Shown here in pieces: positions 1 through 6,777 of a stretch of DNA of 42,068 nucleotides. The notes under the pieces were generated by a model, which saw nothing but the letters and a program-made list of their open reading frames with translations, was not told the DNA's origin and did not search any database. This stretch comes from an uncultured Acidimicrobiia bacterium (lineage in GTDB: Bacteria; Actinomycetota; Acidimicrobiia; Spongiisociales; UBA11373), in the NCBI GenBank assembly GCA_964440905.1, contig CAYTTU010000104.1:1-42068 (forward strand), in the 5' to 3' direction. Position 1 is the stretch's first letter. Every line of letters begins with the position of its first letter. Made by a program: the position numbers and the translations under genes.

Positions 1-79
1 AAGTCGAGGAATCCGACGGTCAGACCTTTGCCCATTCGATCCGCTTCGGCGCGGATGGGCACTGAAGAGAGTTACCAGT

Positions 80-202
80 CGCCCGACGCCCGACGCCCGC
101 CAGAGACCCATGGCTCACGGCTCACAGCTAGGACTCCGGACTCAGGACTCAGGACTCTGAACTCTGAACTCCAAACTCCAAACAGCCGACAGCTGGAAGC
201 TG
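80..202. repeat. heptanucleotide tandem-repeat tract (CGCCCGA x3, GGCTCAC x2, ACTCCGG, ACTCAGG x2, ACTCTGA x2, ACTCCAA x2, ACAGCCG, ACAGCTG, GAAGCTG)
   Basis: Direct reading. From 126 to 202 the 7-bp phase is unbroken across eleven units. The tract ends 6 bp before the hydrolase stop codon at 208-210. Confidence 0.9.
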
Positions 203-207
203 GCGCC

Positions 208-1392
208 TCACCGCCCCACCCTCTCCAGGTACTCGCTGTGCACCTTCTCCAACCAAGCCGCGGCCGTCGCCGCCACGGCGCGGCCCCGCGGCCCGGCAAA
301 GAAGTCGAACCCGTGGTTGGCCCAGCGCACCTCGAGCAGTTCTGCCTCCGCTCCCCCAGCGGTGCGCAGCGCATCGACCAGACGTCGTGACAACACCGGC
401 GGCACCACGGTGTCGCCGTCACCGTGGATCACCAGGAAGGGAGGGCGGCGGTCGGTGGCCAGGCGGATCGGTGAGGCGCTGGCCCAACGGGAGCCGTCCA
501 TCTCGGGGGACACCTTGATCACCGACGTCTCCAGGTAGGGCCACAAGGGCCTGCCTGAGTCGTCGAGCAGGTCATGCACCCCGTAGAGGGGGATGCAGGC
601 CTGCACCGCGCTGTCGGCGTCCTCGAATCCGGGTTGCAGCGCGGCATTGCCGGCGGTGAGCCCCGCCAGCGCCGCCAGGTTGCCTCCCGTCGATCCCCCG
701 GCGATGGCGATGAAACCCGGGTCCACCCCGAGCTGCGCCGCATTGGATCGCACCCAGGCGATGACCCGCTTGACGTCGACCAGATGATCGGGATGCGTGG
801 CCTCGGGGCTGAGCCGGTAGGACGGAGTGATCACCTGCCATCCCGAGGCTGCCAACCGGTAGAGCATGGGGTGGGCCTGGGTGTGGCGCTTGCCCCGCCA
901 CCATCCGCCACCGTGGATGTGGATCAGCGCCGGTCGTGGCCCGGTGGCGGGATCCGGCCCGAGCCGGTCGAGGACATGACGGGGATGCGGTCCGTACGCG
1001 AGGGCACGATCCACCTGCAGACCGCGGGGCCGCCGGGCAATCGGCATCACCAGGGCGGCGACCCGGGACCATCGCGCCCTTTCGTCGTGTCGCGCTGCGC
1101 CCGAGGCGATGAGCTGCGCCGCGGCGCGGTAGCCGCGGAGCAGGGCGAGACCGAATCCGATCGCGGCGGCAGCGAACAGTATCCGCGTCGTCAGGCCGAT
1201 CCCGACCCCGTCGGCAGCGAACAAACCCAACAGAGCCGCTCCCAACCACCATCCCGCCGCCTCACTCCCCACCATCGCCGCCACCCACACCCAGGGACGG
1301 GTGCGCACCGCGGCCAGCGCCACCAGCGCGATCAGGACGGCGGCGGCGAGGAGCAGGTAGGACACTCCGGGAGGGTAAGCCAACCCGGTCAC
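208..1392 (-). CDS. membrane-anchored alpha/beta hydrolase (fold-3 esterase/lipase-like)
   Basis: 394-aa ORF. The N-terminal ~110 aa are hydrophobic (several predicted TM helices). HGGGW oxyanion-hole motif, GGSTGG nucleophile elbow (GxSxG), C-terminal HGDGD region. Confidence 0.8.
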   Translation of the reverse strand: MTGLAYPPGVSYLLLAAAVLIALVALAAVRTRPWVWVAAMVGSEAAGWWLGAALLGLFAADGVGIGLTTRILFAAAAIGFGLALLRGYRAAAQLIASGAARHDERARWSRVAALVMPIARRPRGLQVDRALAYGPHPRHVLDRLGPDPATGPRPALIHIHGGGWWRGKRHTQAHPMLYRLAASGWQVITPSYRLSPEATHPDHLVDVKRVIAWVRSNAAQLGVDPGFIAIAGGSTGGNLAALAGLTAGNAALQPGFEDADSAVQACIPLYGVHDLLDDSGRPLWPYLETSVIKVSPEMDGSRWASASPIRLATDRRPPFLVIHGDGDTVVPPVLSRRLVDALRTAGGAEAELLEVRWANHGFDFFAGPRGRAVAATAAAWLEKVHSEYLERVGR

Positions 1393-1417
1393 AGGGCGGC
1401 GTCAGGCGGTCCCGGGG

Positions 1418-1423
1418 TATAGT
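1418..1423 (+). promoter_or_regulatory. candidate -10 hexamer TATAGT upstream of the AsnC-like gene
   Basis: TATAGT lies 30 nt upstream of the ATG at 1453. A GAGGAGAG Shine-Dalgarno sits at 1443-1450. No convincing -35 element. Confidence 0.3.
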
Positions 1424-1452
1424 CTCGGCAGACGACGAGCCCGAGGAGAGCA

Positions 1453-1686
1453 ATGGTGGAAGCGTACGTGTTGATCCAGACCGAGGTCGGCAAGGCCGCC
1501 CAGGTCGCCCTCGCCGTTGGCAAGATCGACGGCGTCAAGGCCTCCCAGGCCGTGACCGGACCCTACGACGCCATCGTGCATGCAGTCGCCGACGACGTCG
1601 ATGCCCTCGGCAAGCTCGTCGTGGCCAAGATCCAGGCCATCGAGGGGATCACCCGCACCCTGACCTGCCCCGTGGTGAAGCTCTAA
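1453..1686 (+). CDS. stand-alone Lrp/AsnC ligand-binding (RAM) domain protein
   Basis: 77-aa ORF with a strong SD. The sequence MVEAYVLIQTEVGK...VTGPYDAIVHA...IEGITRTLT is typical of small AsnC-type RAM-domain proteins. Confidence 0.8.
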   Translation: MVEAYVLIQTEVGKAAQVALAVGKIDGVKASQAVTGPYDAIVHAVADDVDALGKLVVAKIQAIEGITRTLTCPVVKL

Positions 1687-1828
1687 GAAGTCATGAGTCT
1701 TGAGTCCTGAGTCCTGAGTCATAAACCAGAGGGACCCGAAACTCAACCGCGACTTCGGGCGCAAGAACCCGGTTTTCGGACTCATGACTCATGAGTCATG
1801 ACTTCCTGACTCATGACTCATGACTTCC
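1687..1828. repeat. composite intergenic element: heptamer array (TGAGTCN x5, 1687-1721), ~50-bp core (1729-1780), inverted heptamer array (TGACTCA/TGAGTCA/TGACTTCC x7, 1778-1828)
   Basis: Direct reading. The two arms are mutually inverted and flank a core with a CCGAAA/TTTCGG closing stem and an internal cUUCGg hairpin. The element lies between the convergent AsnC-like and ddl genes and overlaps the last 6 codons of ddl. Confidence 0.85.
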
Positions 1829-2833
1829 CAGCGCCATCCCCACCAACTCGTCACACAACTCGGCGTACCCCAGACCGGTCGCCTCCCACATCATCGGGAA
1901 CATGGAGCGTGACGTGAACCCGGGCATCGTGTTCACCTCGCTGAGCAGGAACCCGCGGCCCCCCTCCTCGTAGAAGAAGTCCACCCGGGCCAGACCGGCG
2001 CACTCCAGCGCGGTAAAGGCGCGGCACGCCAGGTGGCGCACCATCTCGGTCGCCGCCTCGCTCAGCGCCGCCGGCACCTCGATACGGGTGGCATCGTCGC
2101 GGTACTTGGCGTCGTAGGTGTACCAGCCCGAGGCCACGATGATCTCCCCCGGCACCGAGGCCCGCGGTCCCTCCAGCACCGCCACTTCGATCTCGCGTCC
2201 CTTCACCTCGGCCTCCACCAGCACCTTGCGGTCGTGCTCCAGTGCGAGGTGTATGGCATCTTTGAGCGACCCCTCGTCCGCGGCGCGGCTGATCCCCACC
2301 GACGAGCCCAGGTTGGCCGGCTTGACGAACAGCGGAAAGCCCAACCCACCTCCGATCCGGTCGACCACATCACCCGGTGAGGTGAGGAAGTCGCCCCGCC
2401 GTACCACCATGTAGTCCCCCACCGGAATCCCCGCCTCCCGGCAAAGGCGCTTGGCCACGTCCTTGTCCATGGCGATCGCCGAACCCAGCACCCCGGAGCC
2501 GACGTAGGCGAGACCCGCCATTTCGAACAGGCCCTGAATGGTTCCGTCCTCGCCGTAGGGGCCGTGCAGCACCGGGAAGGCGACGTCGAACTCGACCGGG
2601 GTGCCATGACCGAGCAGCCTTCCCCCGGGAACCTCGAGCTGCACCGCCGGCCCTTCTGCCACCAAGGGATCGGTAGTGGAGTCCGCGAGGTGGAACTCGC
2701 CGAAGGGATCGATCCCCACCGTGACCACATCGTGACCCTGGGACCGCAGCGCCGCCACCGTGGACACAGCCGAAGCGCACGACACCTCGTGCTCCCCAGA
2801 CTTGCCGCCGAAGAACACCGCCACCCGGGCCAC
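1811..2833 (-). CDS. ddl: D-alanine--D-alanine ligase
   Basis: Start trimmed to the GTG at 2833 (VARVAVFFGGKSGEHEVS...), because the longer ORF overlaps fabI. Typical Ddl N-terminus, ATP-grasp body and C-terminal EVNTMPGFT motif. 340 aa. Confidence 0.9.
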   Translation of the reverse strand: MARVAVFFGGKSGEHEVSCASAVSTVAALRSQGHDVVTVGIDPFGEFHLADSTTDPLVAEGPAVQLEVPGGRLLGHGTPVEFDVAFPVLHGPYGEDGTIQGLFEMAGLAYVGSGVLGSAIAMDKDVAKRLCREAGIPVGDYMVVRRGDFLTSPGDVVDRIGGGLGFPLFVKPANLGSSVGISRAADEGSLKDAIHLALEHDRKVLVEAEVKGREIEVAVLEGPRASVPGEIIVASGWYTYDAKYRDDATRIEVPAALSEAATEMVRHLACRAFTALECAGLARVDFFYEEGGRGFLLSEVNTMPGFTSRSMFPMMWEATGLGYAELCDELVGMALGSHES

Positions 2834-2838
2834 CCCGG

Positions 2839-3648
2839 CTACTCCTCGCCCTTGCCGGCGGCGATGGCGTGGAACCCGCCGTCGACGTGGATCACCTCGC
2901 CGCTGGTGGCCGGGGCCCAATCGGAGAGCAGCACGCAGATCATCTTTGCCACCGGGGAGGCATCGTCCACATTCCATCCCAGCGGGGCCCGCTCCGCCCA
3001 AACGTGCTTGAACTGGCCGAACCCGGGGATGTTCTTCGCCGCCACCGTGGCCAGCGGACCGGCCGATACCGCATTCACCCGGATGTGATGCTCTCCGAGG
3101 TCGCGTGCCAGGTAGCGGGTCACCGACTCCAGCGCCGACTTGGCCACGCCCATCCAGTCGTAGGCGGGCCACGCCTGGGTGTTGTCGAAGTCCAGCGTCA
3201 CCAGCGATCCGCCCCCTGCCTTCCGCAGCAGCGGGAGCAGACCCACAGCCAGGGTCTTGTAGGAGAACGCCGAGGTCATGAAAGCGGTGGCGGCGCTCGC
3301 CGCCGGCGTGTTGAGGAAGTTGCCCCCCAGGGCGTCCTCGGGGGCGAAGGCGATGGCATGCAGCGCACCATCCACCGCACCCCAGCGCTCGGTCAGATCG
3401 GTGACCAGCGACTCCATGTGCACCGCGTCGTTGATGTCCAGTTCCACGACGTCGGGCGTCTTGGGAAGACGACCCGCGGCCCGCTGGGTCAGGGCCAGCC
3501 CCCGGCCGAACCCGGTGAGCAGAACCTCGGCTCCCTGTTCCTGGGCGATGCGGGCGGTATGCCAGGCAATCGAGTCGTCGGTGAGCACCCCGGTGATCAA
3601 CAACCGTTTGCCTGAGAGCAACACCGATCCCTCCTGGTCGGCGGACAT
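2839..3648 (-). CDS. fabI: NADH-dependent enoyl-ACP reductase (InhA/FabI type)
   Basis: LLSGKRLLITGVLTDDSIAWHTARIAQEQGAEVLLTGFGR closely resembles the InhA N-terminus. SDR fold. ATG at 3648 is preferred over GTG at 3675. Confidence 0.9.
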   Translation of the reverse strand: MSADQEGSVLLSGKRLLITGVLTDDSIAWHTARIAQEQGAEVLLTGFGRGLALTQRAAGRLPKTPDVVELDINDAVHMESLVTDLTERWGAVDGALHAIAFAPEDALGGNFLNTPAASAATAFMTSAFSYKTLAVGLLPLLRKAGGGSLVTLDFDNTQAWPAYDWMGVAKSALESVTRYLARDLGEHHIRVNAVSAGPLATVAAKNIPGFGQFKHVWAERAPLGWNVDDASPVAKMICVLLSDWAPATSGEVIHVDGGFHAIAAGKGEE

Positions 3649-3656
3649 GGTATCGG

Positions 3657-4013
3657 TCAGTTGACGTTCGCCCACGCCCGCAGCCCCAGGCCCATCACGA
3701 ACAGCAGCAGCAGACCCCAGGCCAGGGCGGGTCGCTTCTCCATCTGGGTGCGGTAGATGTAGGCGAAGGCGAAGGTGAACAGGATCACGAACCCATAGAA
3801 GAGGTGAAAGTCGTTGCCGGGTCGAAAGCCCTGGTTGTAGGCGAGGAAGCCGAGGGTCACCTGGATCAGCATCGTTCCGATGGCGGCATACATGGCGATG
3901 CGGAAGATGCGGTTCGCCTGGCGCTTAGTGACGGCCAGTAAGAGCCCCCACAACCCGACCAAACCGTTGGCGATCACCGCCACCAAGAACCAGGAGGCAT
4001 GCAGGTCGCGCAT
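3657..4013 (-). CDS. small integral membrane protein, unknown function
   Basis: The 118-aa C-terminal part of the 211-aa ORF has four hydrophobic helices. Start set to ATG 4013 because the upstream part overlaps ybaK and is Arg/Gly-rich. Confidence 0.6.
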   Translation of the reverse strand: MRDLHASWFLVAVIANGLVGLWGLLLAVTKRQANRIFRIAMYAAIGTMLIQVTLGFLAYNQGFRPGNDFHLFYGFVILFTFAFAYIYRTQMEKRPALAWGLLLLFVMGLGLRAWANVN

Positions 4014-4051
4014 CGCGAAGGGATGGTAGATGGTCAGGCCCCGAGCCCCGG

Positions 4052-4513
4052 CTACACAGCCCTCGTCACGTCCGCCACCTGTGCTCCCAGGAACCCGATC
4101 AATTCCCCCGCATCGAGGTTGATCGCCACCCCGTGTTCGCCTCCACCGATCGAGGCCAATCCACCCATGGCGGCGTCGGCGATCACCGGGAGCGCCGTGC
4201 GCGAGCCGAACGGCGTGATCGTGCCCGGGGTGTAATCGGTCGCCGCCACTGCTTCCTCTGCCGAGGCGAGCGACAATCGCGACACCCCGCACACCTTGCG
4301 CAGCTTGGCCCAGTCGATCACCCGGTCGCCAGGGACCAGCACCATCAAGAGGTCGCCTTCGGCGCGCCGCACCACGATGGTCTTGATGACTCGATCGAGT
4401 TGGACGCCGCGGGCGATGGCGGCTTCTGCGACCGAGTTCACCTTGCCGTACTCGACCACCTCATGTGCAAGCCCGGAGGCAGCAACCGCTCGCGTTCCCG
4501 GGGTGTCAGCCAT
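4052..4513 (-). CDS. YbaK/EbsC-family aminoacyl-tRNA deacylase
   Basis: 153 aa. The VKTIVVR...LMVLVPGD..IDW.KL.......L..A...E....T.Y.PG.ITPFG pattern is characteristic of YbaK/ProRS-associated editing domains. Confidence 0.8.
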   Translation of the reverse strand: MADTPGTRAVAASGLAHEVVEYGKVNSVAEAAIARGVQLDRVIKTIVVRRAEGDLLMVLVPGDRVIDWAKLRKVCGVSRLSLASAEEAVAATDYTPGTITPFGSRTALPVIADAAMGGLASIGGGEHGVAINLDAGELIGFLGAQVADVTRAV

Positions 4514-6119
4514 CCAGCAATAGGTCGCTGAACTGGTCGCGCACCACCTTCTTGTCGAACTTGCCGGTACCGGTCTTGGGCAGGGAGTCGGTGAACTCGA
4601 TCACGTCGGGCAACCACCACTTGGCGACGCGGGGCTCGAGGTGGGCGAGCAACTCCTCGGCGGACACCTCCATGCCGGGCCGCTTCACCACCAAGGCGAG
4701 CGGTCGCTCCTGCCACTTGACGTGCTTCACCCCGATCACCGCGGCCTCGAGCACCGCGGGATGCGCCATCAACTCCCGCTCCAGGTCGAGCGACGAGATC
4801 CACTCCCCGCCCGACTTGATGACGTCCTTGGCCCGGTCGGTGATGACGATGTACCCCTCCGGCGTGATCTTGCAGACGTCACCGGTGCGCATCCAACCAT
4901 CGACAAAGGTCTCGCGGCGGTCGTCGCGGTAGTACTCCGCCGCGATCCACGGACCGCGGATCAGCAACTCCCCGAAGGCGACCCCATCGTGGAGCAGCGG
5001 GTTGCCTTCCTCGTCGACGATCTTGACCTGCAGTCCGGCGACCGGAAGGCCGGCGGTCTGCAGGATGTCGAGTTGACGGTCGAACGGCAGCGCGGCGTGC
5101 TCGGGCAACAGGGCGGCGATCGAGGCCACCGGGTTGGTCTCGGTCATCCCCCAGCCCTGCTGCACCACGATGCCGCGCTCGCGGTGGAACCACTCGATCA
5201 TGGCCCGCGGCACTGCCGAGCCACCGCACAAGAAGGCCCGAATCGAGGAGGTGTCGACTTCGGGGTGCTCCATCAGGTACTGCTGGATGCCGCCCCACAC
5301 CGTCGGCACCCCGGCGGAGAAGGTGACCCGCTCCTCGGAGAACAGCCGCACCAACCCCGGGGCGGAGAGGTCGGGTCCGGGGTACACCAGCTTGGCTCCG
5401 GCAGTGACCGCACCGAAGGGATAACCCCAGGCCGCGGCGTGGAACATCGGCACCACCGGGAGGACGACGTCGCTGGAGGTGATGGGGAAGGTGGCCAGCG
5501 ACGAGATGGTGTGCAGGTACGTGGAGCGCTGGGTGTAGGCCACCCCCTTGGGGTTGCCGGTGGTGCCCGAGGTGTAACACAGCATCATCGGGGAGCGCTC
5601 GTCGAGCCGGGGCCACTCCTCCCATGGGGCGACATCGGCGATCAGGTCCTCGTAGGCAACCGCATTGGGCAAGGTGGTCGGCGGAACCGTGTCACCCATC
5701 ACCACGAACCGCTCCACGGTGGTGAGGTCGCCGGAAAAACGCTCCACCAGGGGAATCAATCCGGGGTCGATGAACAAAACCTTGTCGCCGGCGTGGTTGA
5801 CGATGTAGGCGAGTTGGTCGGGGAAGAGCCGGATGTTGAGGGTGTGACACACCACGCCGGTGTTGGCGGTGGCCCAGTAGAGCTCGTGGTGGCGGATGTT
5901 GTTCCAGGCAAAGGTGCCGATCGGCTCGCCCGGGGCCGCCCCGAGCCGGTCGAGAGCAGTGGCAAGGCGGCGCACTCGATCGTCGGTGGCGCCGTAGGTG
6001 GTGCGGTGCACCGTGAGATCGTCCTCCACCGAGACGATCTCCCGACCGGGATGGTGCCGCACCGCGTGGTCGTAGAGAGTCGACAGCAGCAGCGGGAAGT
6101 CGTCCATCATGTGCGGCAT
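4506..6119 (-). CDS. AMP-dependent acyl-CoA synthetase (long/medium-chain fatty-acid--CoA ligase)
   Basis: 537 aa. AMP-binding signature YTSGTTGNPKGV, plus GWGMTE and TGD..K...GY motifs and a C-terminal K for adenylation. Confidence 0.9.
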   Translation of the reverse strand: MPHMMDDFPLLLSTLYDHAVRHHPGREIVSVEDDLTVHRTTYGATDDRVRRLATALDRLGAAPGEPIGTFAWNNIRHHELYWATANTGVVCHTLNIRLFPDQLAYIVNHAGDKVLFIDPGLIPLVERFSGDLTTVERFVVMGDTVPPTTLPNAVAYEDLIADVAPWEEWPRLDERSPMMLCYTSGTTGNPKGVAYTQRSTYLHTISSLATFPITSSDVVLPVVPMFHAAAWGYPFGAVTAGAKLVYPGPDLSAPGLVRLFSEERVTFSAGVPTVWGGIQQYLMEHPEVDTSSIRAFLCGGSAVPRAMIEWFHRERGIVVQQGWGMTETNPVASIAALLPEHAALPFDRQLDILQTAGLPVAGLQVKIVDEEGNPLLHDGVAFGELLIRGPWIAAEYYRDDRRETFVDGWMRTGDVCKITPEGYIVITDRAKDVIKSGGEWISSLDLERELMAHPAVLEAAVIGVKHVKWQERPLALVVKRPGMEVSAEELLAHLEPRVAKWWLPDVIEFTDSLPKTGTGKFDKKVVRDQFSDLLLDG

Positions 6120-6146
6120 CCCGATCCCCCTCCCCGCCTACGACGC

Positions 6147-6767
6147 TCAGGCGTCGTCGCCCATCAGCTCCCGCTTCTTGCGATCGAAGTCCTTCTGAGT
6201 GATCAGGCCCTGCTCAAGCAGGGTGGTGTAGCGCTTCAAGGTCGCGGCGCTGTCGTTGCGGTTGTGCATCGTTCCGCTGCGGAGCTCTTTGGTGCGCATC
6301 TCCCGCACGTTGTACACCAGGCCCTGGAACGCCTCGGGCTCGGGGATATCGGCGAACTTCTGCTGCCCATGCTCCCCTGCCGACTCGATCAGCAGGTCCC
6401 CGGAATGGAGCACCCGCTCCAGGATGCTCTGGGAGAACGCCAGGTCGTTGATGTTCTCCAGCGGGATCTCCTTGCCCTTGCGCGACAGGATCCCGCTGCG
6501 GCGGATGATCCGCTCCGTGGTGAGCACGTAGTGGGTAAACCACCAGGCGATGAACGGGTAGAGACCCTTGTAGAGGAACACCACTCCGACCATGGCGGTG
6601 ATGATCCAGTCGAACCCGCTGTTGTCCGGGGGGTACCTCCAGGTGAGGATCACCAGGGCGATCAACAGCACGACCCAGAGAAACGGGATGATGAGGAGCC
6701 GCCAGTGGGGTCGGAACTCGCGGATCACGTCTTCGCCATCGGTGAGCAGGCGGCGTGGGTAGGTCAT
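6147..6767 (-). CDS. bacterial PH-domain (bPH_2/YdbS-like) membrane protein with C-terminal SHOCT domain
   Basis: 206 aa. L..GE.V..EFRPHW start, two TM helices, a PH-like body, and a LKRYTTLLEQGLITQKDFDRKKRELMG tail typical of SHOCT. Confidence 0.7.
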   Translation of the reverse strand: MTYPRRLLTDGEDVIREFRPHWRLLIIPFLWVVLLIALVILTWRYPPDNSGFDWIITAMVGVVFLYKGLYPFIAWWFTHYVLTTERIIRRSGILSRKGKEIPLENINDLAFSQSILERVLHSGDLLIESAGEHGQQKFADIPEPEAFQGLVYNVREMRTKELRSGTMHNRNDSAATLKRYTTLLEQGLITQKDFDRKKRELMGDDA

Positions 6768-6777
6768 GGGAGGAAGG

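Noticed and set aside
1-79. Possible third partial copy of the 315-bp element, or a minus-strand gene start (ATG at 35-33, MGKGLTVGFLD...), plus an ATCCGC-TTCGGC-GCGGAT hairpin at 37-54
   Set aside because: The only shared sequence with the element is a 7-mer (GAATCCG). The putative CDS has just 11 codons inside the window and a weak SD, which is too little to support either call.
2834-3172. N-terminal extension of the ddl ORF; likewise 4014-4292 (small membrane protein), 23188-23436 (RCK gene), 24308-24472 (ychF), 32978-33682 (herA), 36132-36950 (ABC ATPase), 37921-38295 (SBP), 9856-10161 (MFS)
   Set aside because: Each extension overlaps the neighbouring well-supported gene or the repeat region and translates to Arg/Gly/Pro-rich text. 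The conserved family N-termini begin at the internal starts used in the feature table.
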